Shown: in pieces, positions 37,936 to 46,433 of the stretch
How the letters are laid out: the number at the start of each line of letters is the position of its first letter
Numbering within the stretch: position 1 is the first letter of the stretch
Assembly: GCA_034423575.1 (NCBI GenBank)
Contig: DAOUIF010000030.1
Coordinates: 9,044 to 73,043 of the forward strand
Reading direction: 5' to 3'
Length of the DNA: 64,000 bases
Source: Dehalococcoidia bacterium
GTDB lineage: Bacteria; Chloroflexota; Dehalococcoidia; Lucifugimonadales; UBA3495
The notes under the pieces: generated by a model
Told to the model about the DNA's origin: nothing
Database searches by the model: none
What the model saw: the letters and a program-made list of their open reading frames with translations, nothing else
Translations under genes and position numbers: made by a program

Positions 37936-39253
37936 ACTCGCTGGGGTGCTGATACTCCTGGTGGTCTTTGTGGGTGTGGCATTCGCCGCCACGTATCTGT
38001 TTTTCTATCGCGGCAACTACGCCGGCCCGCCCAGTGCGCACGTGGAATATGTGCCGCCACGCGCCGTCAGCGCCAACGACGGTACGCAGTGGACACCGTC
38101 GATCGGTGAGCGTTCCGGCGGCCTCGTGCTGCTCGACACTCTGCACAGTAACGGATTCTCGTCTCGAGAGATCCTGACGCTGCGCACCCGAATCGTCGCC
38201 CAGGGATACGACCTGGAGTTACTGGGCAACTTCGCCCGGTCATCTCCTACGGACCGACGGGCCCAGTACGCCGAAAGGCTGCGCGAGGCCGACACCCTGA
38301 TTGTAATTACGCCGTTGGTCTCATACTCCGCCGGCGAGGTCGACGTGATCGAGGATTTCGTGCGCAAGGGCGGCAAGTTGGTGATAGTCTCCGATGCTGG
38401 CCGGCGTGACCAGATGAACACCCTGGCTCAGCGGTTCGGGGTGCAGTTCCGTCCGGACTACCTGTACAACCAGGTGGAAAATGAGAACAACTACCAGCAC
38501 ATATTCGTGAGGGATTTCCGCCCTGACGATCTGACCGCCGGTCTGGACACCATCGTGCTGTTGACTGCCGGGTCGATCACCTCATCCGGCCCCGGCCTCG
38601 CCGTCGCGGATGCGCGCACCGAGTCTGCAGTGGCCGAAAACAACGGGGATCTGTACGTCATGGCCCGCGCCGCCGAAAGGAATGTCCTGGCGATTTCAGA
38701 CTTCACGTTCATGATACCGCCCAACGATTCCAAGCTGGACAACGACCGTTTGCTGTCGAACATAATCGACTTTGCCACCACCAGCGACCGCGTTTTCGAT
38801 CTGGCCGACTTCCCGCACTTCTATCAAACCGGACCCGACGACGGCGTCCAGATCCTGCTGGGTCGCCCCGACCTTCTTGGAAGCGGCGCCACGCTGAAGG
38901 GTGGCCTGGAGGAATACGGCATTTCCGCCGATATCCAGGGAACCGAAGATGTGAGCCGGGACACGGTGTTCCTGGGTCTGCACGACGATGCGTTGCAGGT
39001 GAGGCAGTACCTCCAGGCGGCCGGAGTCCGGGTCGACGACATGGTGGAAATACCGTCAGGCCTGGAACTTGATCCGGCGCGTACGTCGCTCACCCTGCTG
39101 GATCGCGAAGGGGACCGGCACGTGTTGATATTGCTGGCCGACTCCCCGACGGCCCTGAACGGAGCGGTATCACGCCTGTTGAGCGGCGGGTTCAGGTCCG
39201 ACCTCGTTAGCGAAGTAATCGGAGTCAGCATTTCAGCGGGAGCGAGTAAGTAG
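37916..39253 (+). CDS. membrane-anchored hypothetical protein (possibly DUF4350/GldG-like fold)
   Basis: N-terminal TM helix, then about 410 aa. The start overlaps the sppA 3' end by 20 nt, or 11 nt if the alternative ATG at 37925 is used. Confidence 0.55.
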   Translation: MRVMATKLAGVLILLVVFVGVAFAATYLFFYRGNYAGPPSAHVEYVPPRAVSANDGTQWTPSIGERSGGLVLLDTLHSNGFSSREILTLRTRIVAQGYDLELLGNFARSSPTDRRAQYAERLREADTLIVITPLVSYSAGEVDVIEDFVRKGGKLVIVSDAGRRDQMNTLAQRFGVQFRPDYLYNQVENENNYQHIFVRDFRPDDLTAGLDTIVLLTAGSITSSGPGLAVADARTESAVAENNGDLYVMARAAERNVLAISDFTFMIPPNDSKLDNDRLLSNIIDFATTSDRVFDLADFPHFYQTGPDDGVQILLGRPDLLGSGATLKGGLEEYGISADIQGTEDVSRDTVFLGLHDDALQVRQYLQAAGVRVDDMVEIPSGLELDPARTSLTLLDREGDRHVLILLADSPTALNGAVSRLLSGGFRSDLVSEVIGVSISAGASK

Positions 39254-39256
39254 TTC

Positions 39257-40621
39257 ATGAAAACCATATCCAAGCGGCTGATCCTGCTCGTTCCGGCATT
39301 GGCGGTATTCGCGATGATCGCCTGCACTCCTCCGGTGGCACAGGAACCGGCTGCTGCAGCGCCAGGCACCCCTCCGGAGGCGATGGCCACCCGCGCCCCA
39401 GCCATGGAACCGCCCCCGCTCGCCGACTTCAACGAGCAGCGTCAGAGCATCGACGAAGCTTGGAACCTGGTACATGATGACTTCGACCAGTGGCGCGACG
39501 ACCTGACCATGTGCCATCCCACCACGATGACCGAGGCCCTGAGCGAGTTTGCTATCGAGTTCAGCAGCGTCACCGAAGAAGCCCGGGACCTGACTCGGAC
39601 CAAGACTACAGGGGAATTCACCAACAAGCTGATCACGGCTGCTGAAGATGAGGAGACCGCTTTCCGGCAGCTCCGCGACCGCTGGCAGCCCGGAAACGTG
39701 TCGCTGTTCGAAAACGTGGAACAGCAGCGCAACTTGGCGGCCCAGGCCCAGCGCGAGGCGAAGGACATGGCGCTCGAGCTGCGCGCGGCGCTGGAAGACG
39801 CTGCGGACCCCGAAGCAATCGAGGAATTCACCAAGGCGTTTGAGGCCATCGAGCAAGAACTGGAAGATGCCCACTCCGAGTACGGCAAGCTGACCGATGG
39901 GGCGGAAGACGATGAGATCGCCGAAGTCGTCGCGGGCCTCGAAGGGCTGACCAAAACGATCGAGGAGATCGTTGCCGCCGTTGACGAGTTGCCGTCCCTG
40001 AAGGGCGGCAAGGAAGCCGTCAGAGATTTAGAAGAGGCGGCCAAGGCCGAAGTGGACGCTTTCGAAGCGGCCGTTGAAGCAGCCGAAGAGGCCATTGAGG
40101 CGGCCGGAGAAGACGGTGACGTCAAGCTGCCCGACTTCAAAGAGATTGATGCCAGCGTCGAGGCCAGCGAGGAAGCGGCGGACGGCCTGTCAGACGTGCT
40201 CGATGATTTGTCCGTCGAAGACACCGCAGACGCGCTGGCTGACATCACCCTCTTCGAGCTCGAGTATGATCAACTGTTACAGACGTGGGACAGGTTCCAC
40301 TCTGGATACAACCGGTGGCGCGCGGACGATGGCGGATGCGACCGGCTGGAGGTACTGGAGTCGCTGACCGAGTTCAGCGCCAACGTGGACGCGGTGGGCG
40401 ACAGCGTGCGCAGCCTCCCCAAGTCCGGCTACCTGGAGCCCGTCCACCGTTTGCTGGTGGAAGCGGTCGAAGGGGAGGAGCAAGCTTTCCGGAGCCTGCG
40501 CGACACCTGGCAACCGTTCACCCTCGATGCCCTGCGGGCCGTGGACCGGGCGCGCACCATGAGCGACGACCGCCGTAGCGACGCGGACATCATCATCCTG
40601 GAGTTGGAAAACCGCTTCTGA
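39257..40621 (+). CDS. acidic lipoprotein with an internally duplicated domain
   Basis: Lipobox LAVFAMIAC. The two repeats are about 39482-39691 and about 40295-40516, each containing W-R ... C ... L-EF ... EE-AFR-LRD-WQP. They flank an E/A/D-rich central segment. Confidence 0.7.
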   Translation: MKTISKRLILLVPALAVFAMIACTPPVAQEPAAAAPGTPPEAMATRAPAMEPPPLADFNEQRQSIDEAWNLVHDDFDQWRDDLTMCHPTTMTEALSEFAIEFSSVTEEARDLTRTKTTGEFTNKLITAAEDEETAFRQLRDRWQPGNVSLFENVEQQRNLAAQAQREAKDMALELRAALEDAADPEAIEEFTKAFEAIEQELEDAHSEYGKLTDGAEDDEIAEVVAGLEGLTKTIEEIVAAVDELPSLKGGKEAVRDLEEAAKAEVDAFEAAVEAAEEAIEAAGEDGDVKLPDFKEIDASVEASEEAADGLSDVLDDLSVEDTADALADITLFELEYDQLLQTWDRFHSGYNRWRADDGGCDRLEVLESLTEFSANVDAVGDSVRSLPKSGYLEPVHRLLVEAVEGEEQAFRSLRDTWQPFTLDALRAVDRARTMSDDRRSDADIIILELENRF

Positions 40622-40665
40622 GCGCGAATGCAGGCGGTTACTTCTGGTGCTGTTACGGTGCGACC

Positions 40666-41721
40666 ATGCGCTTCGGCCATTTCTTCTATCCCATGAAATT
40701 CGACGATTCCCGGGATGACGTTGCCATACGGGAATGCCTGGACGAGGCGGTGTTGGTGGAAGAGTTGGGGTATGACGCCATCTGGTTCGCGGAGCATTAC
40801 TTCACCGGCGAGTGCGTGTACGGCGACCCACTGGTGTTCGCCGGCGCCGTCGCTGTGAAAACCAGCCGGGTACTGCTGGGCTTCGGCATCATTGAGCTGC
40901 CGCTGCATAACCCGGTGCGGGTCGCGATGCAAACCGCCTTGCTGGACAACCTCAGTCAGGGTCGCTTGGTGGTAGGAACTGCTAAAGGCTCCAACTACAA
41001 CGCCTTCGAGTACATTGGCTTCGGCACCGATCCGGCGCTGGGGGCGGCCCAGATGGAAGAGGCCGAGGAACTGATGGTCACGGCGTGGACGCAGGATGCA
41101 GTCCACTTCCACGGCGAGCATTACCGGGTGGCGTTTCCCTCGGTGCGGCCCAGGCCCTATCAGAAACCTCACCCGCCGCTGGCGCGGGCCTGCATCAACC
41201 GCGAGTCGATAATCGAAATGGCCCGCATCGGACGGCCAATCCTGCTGCGCGGTCGCTCCACGAACAGCACGGCCGCCGACATCGCCCTTTATCGCGACAC
41301 CATGGCCAAATCGGGGTTCAGCGATGAGGCCATCGAGCGCAATCTGGATCAGATCTGGGTGTGGCGCGAGATGCACGTGGCCGAGAGCGATGACCAGGCG
41401 CTGGATGAGTTCATTCCGGCCAACTACGAAGCCTTCTCGACCATCCAGGCGTACCGGGACGAATGGAACCCGAAGGAATTCCCGATGTCACGGCAGGTCC
41501 CGCCAACGCCCAAGCACGAGTACGGCAAGCACCCCGATCCGGACGCGGCGGAGAACCTCGTGGGCAGCCCGCGCCGCGTGGCCGAGCAACTGGACCAGAT
41601 GCGAAGCGCCGGCATCCGTAACCTGATGCTAACCAACCGGGGACTGATGCCTCCCGAGGCAACACGCCGGTCACTGAAGCTCCTGGCGGAGCAGGTGATG
41701 CCGAAGTTCCGAGATAGTTGA
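40666..41721 (+). CDS. LLM-class flavin-dependent oxidoreductase
   Basis: MRFGHFFYP N-terminus and luciferase-like TIM-barrel pattern. Confidence 0.85.
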   Translation: MRFGHFFYPMKFDDSRDDVAIRECLDEAVLVEELGYDAIWFAEHYFTGECVYGDPLVFAGAVAVKTSRVLLGFGIIELPLHNPVRVAMQTALLDNLSQGRLVVGTAKGSNYNAFEYIGFGTDPALGAAQMEEAEELMVTAWTQDAVHFHGEHYRVAFPSVRPRPYQKPHPPLARACINRESIIEMARIGRPILLRGRSTNSTAADIALYRDTMAKSGFSDEAIERNLDQIWVWREMHVAESDDQALDEFIPANYEAFSTIQAYRDEWNPKEFPMSRQVPPTPKHEYGKHPDPDAAENLVGSPRRVAEQLDQMRSAGIRNLMLTNRGLMPPEATRRSLKLLAEQVMPKFRDS

Positions 41722-41797
41722 AGCAGGAGCCGGCCCGCCGTATCCACCCACGTTTGGGCGCACGACGGTTCTCAAATTGCGATGGGAGGCAAGCGCC

Positions 41798-42187
41798 ATG
41801 GAAAAGATCAGGAACAATCATCCGGACATCGCCCCCTCGGGTTCGTCCTTCAGCCGTACCGTACGCACCGGCAACTGGCTGTTTATCGCCGGCTGCACGG
41901 CTCGGGGCACGGAAGCCCAGGGCCAGTCGCTCATGGAGCAAACCCGCGTAACCCTGGACCGCATTGCCCGCATCGTCCGCGCCGAAGGCGGCCAGCCGTC
42001 GGACATCGTGAAGATCACGACCTTCGTCACCAGCATCCCGGCCTGGCGCGAGGCGCGCGAAACCCAGGAAGCATTGTGGGCCGAGTTCTTTGAGGGAGCC
42101 TATCCGGCCAACACCCTCATCGAGATCACGGGGCTGGCCGAGGCCGGCCTGGACGTGGAGATCGAGGCTGTGGCCGAGATCAGCTAA
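41798..42187 (+). CDS. RidA family protein
   Basis: YjgF/RidA pattern (TVRTGNWLFIAG ..., ANTLIEITGLAEAGLDVEIEAVA). GGGAGG upstream of the ATG at 41798. Confidence 0.85.
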   Translation: MEKIRNNHPDIAPSGSSFSRTVRTGNWLFIAGCTARGTEAQGQSLMEQTRVTLDRIARIVRAEGGQPSDIVKITTFVTSIPAWREARETQEALWAEFFEGAYPANTLIEITGLAEAGLDVEIEAVAEIS

Positions 42188-42207
42188 CGCAATTGCCGGT
42201 CCGCCGT

Positions 42208-42795
42208 TCAGGCCGGGCGGTGGAACTCCTCCACCTGCTGCAGGTAGTTGCGCAGCAGGTCGTGTCCCACCGTGGTCATGATCGACTCGGGGTGGAACTG
42301 CACCCCCTCCACGGGCAGTTCCTTGTGACGCACGCCCATGATGAGCCCGTTGTCTGTCCAGGCCGTCACTTCCAGGAAATCGGGCACGGTCTCTGGGTAT
42401 ATGACCAGGCTGTGGTAGCGAATCCCCTCGAACGGGTTGGGCAGGCCGGCGAACACGCCTTTGCCGTCGTGGTGGATCATCGAGGTCTTGCCGTGGCGGA
42501 TCTCCCCGGCGCGGTCAACGGTTGCGCCGTAAGCGTCCCCAATGCACTGGTGCCCCAGGCACACGCCCAGCACCGGAAGCTTGGGGCCGAAGTGCCGGAT
42601 AACGTCGTTGGATATCCCGGCCTCCCGGGGAGTGCAGGGCCCTGGGGACACCACGATGCCCTCGGGCTGCATGGCCTCGATGTCTTCGATGGTGGTCTTG
42701 TCGTTGCGAACTACCTCAACCTCCGCGCCCAGTTCGCACAGGTACTGGTACAGGTTGTAGGTGAAGCTGTCGTAGTTGTCGATCAGCAGCAGCAT
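42208..42795 (-). CDS. trpG: anthranilate synthase component II / aminodeoxychorismate synthase glutamine amidotransferase
   Basis: MLLLIDNYDSFTYNLYQYL, GVCLGHQ catalytic Cys, FHPES. Confidence 0.9.
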   Translation of the reverse strand: MLLLIDNYDSFTYNLYQYLCELGAEVEVVRNDKTTIEDIEAMQPEGIVVSPGPCTPREAGISNDVIRHFGPKLPVLGVCLGHQCIGDAYGATVDRAGEIRHGKTSMIHHDGKGVFAGLPNPFEGIRYHSLVIYPETVPDFLEVTAWTDNGLIMGVRHKELPVEGVQFHPESIMTTVGHDLLRNYLQQVEEFHRPA

Positions 42796-43235
42796 CAGTA
42801 CAACTCCACCAGTTCCAGCCAGTTGCCGTCCGGGTCCTGGCAGTAGGACGCCTTGCGCACCATGTTGCCGTCGTCGTCGTACATCGGCACCGGAGGCGTG
42901 GGATAGCTGAGGCCACGGCTGCGGGTGTTCTCGTAGAACGCGTCGATGTCCTCGACATAGAATGCCAGATGCGCGGCGCGAACGTCGTTCTTGTCGAATT
43001 CGGCGTACCCGCCCTCTGGGTTCATGTACTGGATCAGCTCCAACTGGTGGCCGTCTCCCATGTCGAAGAACGCGCCCCTGATGTGGGTGTCCGGGAAGCC
43101 CAGCAGCGTGGTGGGGAACTCACCGGTGCGCTCGGTGCGCATGGTCAGGGTGAGGCCCAGTACGTCGGAGTAGAAGGCGACGGCGGCCTCCAGGTCTTTG
43201 ACGATGAAGCCGGTGTGGAAGAAGGATTTGAGCAT
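42795..43235 (-). CDS. VOC (glyoxalase/bleomycin-resistance/dioxygenase) family protein
   Basis: FHTGFIVKDLEAAVAFYSDVLGL with a paired beta-alpha-beta-beta-beta layout. Its stop overlaps the trpG ATG (TGATG). The ATG at 43235 is preferred because the longer track ORF runs into the repeat element. Confidence 0.8.
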   Translation of the reverse strand: MLKSFFHTGFIVKDLEAAVAFYSDVLGLTLTMRTERTGEFPTTLLGFPDTHIRGAFFDMGDGHQLELIQYMNPEGGYAEFDKNDVRAAHLAFYVEDIDAFYENTRSRGLSYPTPPVPMYDDDGNMVRKASYCQDPDGNWLELVELY

Positions 43236-43260
43236 ATTGAGTCTCCGTTTGAGATGGTGC

Positions 43261-43352
43261 GTCATTGCGAGCGCAGCGTGGCAACCTCGTTGCGGCAACC
43301 AGTCTCCCTCATGGGAACGGGATTGCCACGTCGCTGCGCTCCTCGCAATGAC
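43261..43352. repeat. ~92-bp palindromic MITE/REP-like element, copy 2 (intercistronic in the trp operon)
   Basis: The ends are GTCATTGCGAGCGCAGCGTGGCAACCTCG and GGGATTGCCACGTCGCTGCGCTCCTCGCAATGAC. It lies between the trpE stop (43359) and the VOC start (43235). Confidence 0.75.
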
Positions 43353-43358
43353 AGTGGG

Positions 43359-44819
43359 TTAAACGACCCCCTCGGCGACGTCGATGGCGCGCATCATGGC
43401 GCCGGACTTGTGCCGGGTCTCCATGTACTCGTCCTCGGCCACGCTGTCGGCGACCACGCCGCCTCCGGCCTGGACGTACATGACGCCGTCCTTGAAAATG
43501 CCGGTGCGCAGCACCAGGGCGGTGTCCATGTTGCCGTTGTAGCTGAAGTAGGCCACCGCGCCTCCGTAAGGCCCGCGCCGCTCCTGCTCCACTTCGGCGA
43601 TGATCTCCATGGCGCGGATCTTGGGCGCGCCGGAAACGGTGCCGGCGGGGAAGCACGAGCGTAGAGCGTCATAGGGCGTCATGTCTGGCCGCAGCTCGCC
43701 CTCCACGTGGGACACCAGGTGCATCACGTGGGAGAACCGCTCCACGTCCATGTACTGGGTTACTCTGACGGTCCCGGGCACGCTCACGCGGCCGATGTCG
43801 TTGCGGCCCAGGTCCAGCAGCATGATGTGTTCGGCCTGCTGCTTCTCGCTGCCCTTGAGTTCCTCCTCCAGCGCGAGATCCTCGGCCGGAGTCTGCCCGC
43901 GTGGACGCGTGCCGGCGATGGGATGGGTGTAAACGGTGCCGTCGTTAACCGTGGCCACCGTCTCGATGGCCGCGCCGACGATCTGGAACCCGTTCAGGTC
44001 CAGATAGTACATGTAAGGCGAGGGGTTGCTGCCCCGCAGGGCGCGGTACACTTGGAAAGGGTGGGCGTCGGTGCGGCGGCTGAAGCGTTGGGAGTTCACC
44101 ACCTGAATGACATCGCCCGCATAGATGTACTCGATGCACTTTTCGATGACGGCTTCGTATTCCGGCACGGTGAAGTTGGACTGAGTTTGGCCACCAACCG
44201 GGAGGGACGGCGTCGCCAGCAGTTCCGGCGGGACTTCCAGCGGACGGGAGAGACGGTCCACCATACGCTCGATCTTGGCGGTTGCCGCATCATAAGCCTC
44301 TTCGACGTCCTCACCATCCAGCCGGGCGTGGCTCACCACTTTGATGTCGTGGCGCAGGTGGTCGAATACCAGCAGCGTGTCGGTGAACATGAAGACCGAC
44401 TCGGGAAGGCCCTGGGGGTCGGTTTCGAGCATGGGCACGCGCGGCTCGAAGTAATGCACGGCGTCGTAGGCCACATAGCCCACGCCCCCGCCGTGGAATG
44501 GCGGCAGGCCTTCCACGGGGATGAGCTGAAAGGCGTCCATCTCCCGCTGCACCAGGGTCAGCGGGTCCACCGCGCCCGAAGGCTGGTCGGCGCCGGTGCT
44601 GAACACGTCGTAGGGCTCGGTGCCGATGAAGCTGTAGCGGCCGATGCGCTCGCCGCCGGCCACCGATTCCAGCAGGAACGAATAGGGCGGACGCGCCACC
44701 TTCAGGTAGGCCGAAACCGGCGTTTCCAGGTCGGCGTTGATGGTGCGGTAGACTGGGCACAGATTGCCCTGTCCGGCCAGGGTGCGGACTTGATCAAGGG
44801 TGGGATAGTACGTTGTCAT
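43359..44819 (-). CDS. trpE: anthranilate synthase component I
   Basis: Chorismate-binding enzyme motifs (LLESVAGGERIGRYSFIG, GTRPRG, GRNDIGRV, FPAGTVSGAPKIRAMEII, RGPYGGAVAYF). ATG at 44819. Confidence 0.9.
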   Translation of the reverse strand: MTTYYPTLDQVRTLAGQGNLCPVYRTINADLETPVSAYLKVARPPYSFLLESVAGGERIGRYSFIGTEPYDVFSTGADQPSGAVDPLTLVQREMDAFQLIPVEGLPPFHGGGVGYVAYDAVHYFEPRVPMLETDPQGLPESVFMFTDTLLVFDHLRHDIKVVSHARLDGEDVEEAYDAATAKIERMVDRLSRPLEVPPELLATPSLPVGGQTQSNFTVPEYEAVIEKCIEYIYAGDVIQVVNSQRFSRRTDAHPFQVYRALRGSNPSPYMYYLDLNGFQIVGAAIETVATVNDGTVYTHPIAGTRPRGQTPAEDLALEEELKGSEKQQAEHIMLLDLGRNDIGRVSVPGTVRVTQYMDVERFSHVMHLVSHVEGELRPDMTPYDALRSCFPAGTVSGAPKIRAMEIIAEVEQERRGPYGGAVAYFSYNGNMDTALVLRTGIFKDGVMYVQAGGGVVADSVAEDEYMETRHKSGAMMRAIDVAEGVV

Positions 44820-44853
44820 GCTGCTAATTCCAGATGTGTTGGGTGGCGGCGGC

Positions 44854-44885
44854 AAAAGAAAAAGCCCGTCCCCAGCGGGACGAGC
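44854..44885 (-). terminator. intrinsic terminator of the T-box leader
   Basis: Minus strand GCUCGUCCC-gcug-GGGACGGGC followed by UUUUUCUUUU. Confidence 0.75.
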
Positions 44886-45115
44886 CTAATGGCCGTGATG
44901 CCACCCTGCATACGGTGTTCAACGGGCAAGTAACGCTGCCCATACGGCCCAGCCTACTCAGGTTCGCGCGGAGTGCACGCAAAAACCTTTCGGAGGGCGG
45001 CTCCGGGGTCCATTCACCACCTGCGCCTGGCGCCGGTTCGCAGCTAACCCGGCTCTCTGGGCCTCGCTGGGCGGTTACTAATCCCCTTCACGGCAATTGG
45101 GTATTCGGATTTGCG
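44854..45115 (-). promoter_or_regulatory. T-box leader (tRNA-Trp specifier) upstream of trpE
   Basis: On the minus strand the elements are as follows. AGAGAG bulge at 45053-45058. Distal hairpin GCCGG-12 nt-CCGGC. Specifier context GAA-UGG-A, with UGG at 45010-45012. Stem III GGGCA...UGCCC. T-box sequence AGGGUGGCAUCACGG at 44893-44907. A terminator follows. Confidence 0.8.
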
Positions 45116-45121
45116 AGGTTA

Positions 45122-45150
45122 ATTGTATGGCGGGCGGTTGGGGGCGTCAA
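45122..45150 (-). promoter_or_regulatory. sigma70-like promoter driving the T-box leader / trp operon
   Basis: Minus strand TTGACG (45145-45150), a 17-nt spacer, then TACAAT (45122-45127). The -35 box overlaps the stop codon of the upstream 289-aa ORF. Confidence 0.6.
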
Positions 45151-46016
45151 CGAGATTTCCAGAATCCGTTTTCAACCAGCAACCCCTCAATCTGTGCAGC
45201 GGTAGACCCGGTCTCGCGCATAATCTTTCGGACGCATGCTTTTGCGCTATTTTCTACGTTGCGCGTGCCAAAAGGTTCGTATTCCTTGTCCTGAAGTGCT
45301 CTGACAGCTTTGCAGATATTGGACCAACTTTGGTGAGACTCGGACCTGATTTCTTTCACATGCTCGATGAATTCTCCGCCGATTTCGAAGTCAGACATTT
45401 GCCGAGGTTGACCCGCGGATTTGGCATGAGTTTCCCTGTCCAAAATAAGTAGCGGCTGCCGACCCAAGACTTTAGGCAGGTCCAAGCCCGGGTTCTCCAC
45501 GAAATCGGGTAGCTGGCAAACGGGATTATTGGCAAAGTAGAGGTCCCACGATGCTTGGCGAATGGCATGTTCCAACTCAGGGAGCGGATGCTGCTTTTCG
45601 GTCAACATACCTGCCCAGAAGGGCATATAGCAGATGTTCCAACCAGCGGTAAACGCTTCGGGGTTCCAAGGTTCCCCCCAAATGTGCCGCACGCCATATC
45701 CCGTGCCTCGGGCAAGTTTCCTTCCGGTATATTTCTCCCAAGCCATTTGAGCACGGCTATTGTCGTCTAATGTCACTTCGCGTCCATCACCACTCCACAC
45801 GGCGGTTTGTCCTTTGTCGATACCGGGGTAGTGGTCCCGGCTACGTCGAGCCCTGTCAGGATAGTAAGGTGTCTTGACGCGCACAGAATCAGGATGCACG
45901 AAGTAAGAGTGGGCAAACGCTGCTTGAATGACGGAAACGCCGCCGTTCTGGAAATAATCTTCCAGAGATTGTATTGGCGAGATGAGACTGCCGGTATGAA
46001 CACGTATGTCTATCAT
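45147..46016 (-). CDS. hypothetical protein (289 aa), lower-G+C accessory gene
   Basis: Uninterrupted ORF 15 nt downstream of vapC on the same strand. By eye its G+C is well below that of its neighbours. No family recognised. A faint His/Asn spacing (VRHIWGEPWNPEAFTAGWNICYMP) is noted but not asserted. Confidence 0.6.
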   Translation of the reverse strand: MIDIRVHTGSLISPIQSLEDYFQNGGVSVIQAAFAHSYFVHPDSVRVKTPYYPDRARRSRDHYPGIDKGQTAVWSGDGREVTLDDNSRAQMAWEKYTGRKLARGTGYGVRHIWGEPWNPEAFTAGWNICYMPFWAGMLTEKQHPLPELEHAIRQASWDLYFANNPVCQLPDFVENPGLDLPKVLGRQPLLILDRETHAKSAGQPRQMSDFEIGGEFIEHVKEIRSESHQSWSNICKAVRALQDKEYEPFGTRNVENSAKACVRKIMRETGSTAAQIEGLLVENGFWKSR

Positions 46017-46031
46017 CGAAATGTACTCCGT

Positions 46032-46433
46032 TCAACGGCGGGCCGGGAAGCGGTCGAGTTGGCCCGGCCAGTTTAGAATGCGATCATCGTCGGTGATGAG
46101 CTGGTGTTGGCCTTCCAGAGCAGTGGCCATGATGATCCGGTCGGCCGGGTCGTCATGTAAATCCGTCAAGTTTACGGAGAGGGCGGCAATTGCGCCGTCA
46201 ACGGGGATTTCAATGAATCCTGTCGCCAAGAGGCTTTGACGCCATTGGGTAGCGGCGACATTGAGCGTGAGACGGTTTTTAGACAGCAGTAAGGCAACTT
46301 CCCAGACGGATATTGCGGAGAAAGCTGCTTGCCCTGATTCGATAGATTCTCGTATTCGCCGTTGGGCTGTCGAGCCGAGGCGCGGGCTGGACCCGAGGAA
46401 CCAGAGCAGAGCGTGGGTATCCGGCAGGATCAA
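46032..46433 (-). CDS. vapC: type II toxin VapC (PIN domain)
   Basis: ILPDTHALLWFL, ISVWEVALL, DPADRIIMATAL. Confidence 0.85.
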   Translation of the reverse strand: MILPDTHALLWFLGSSPRLGSTAQRRIRESIESGQAAFSAISVWEVALLLSKNRLTLNVAATQWRQSLLATGFIEIPVDGAIAALSVNLTDLHDDPADRIIMATALEGQHQLITDDDRILNWPGQLDRFPARR

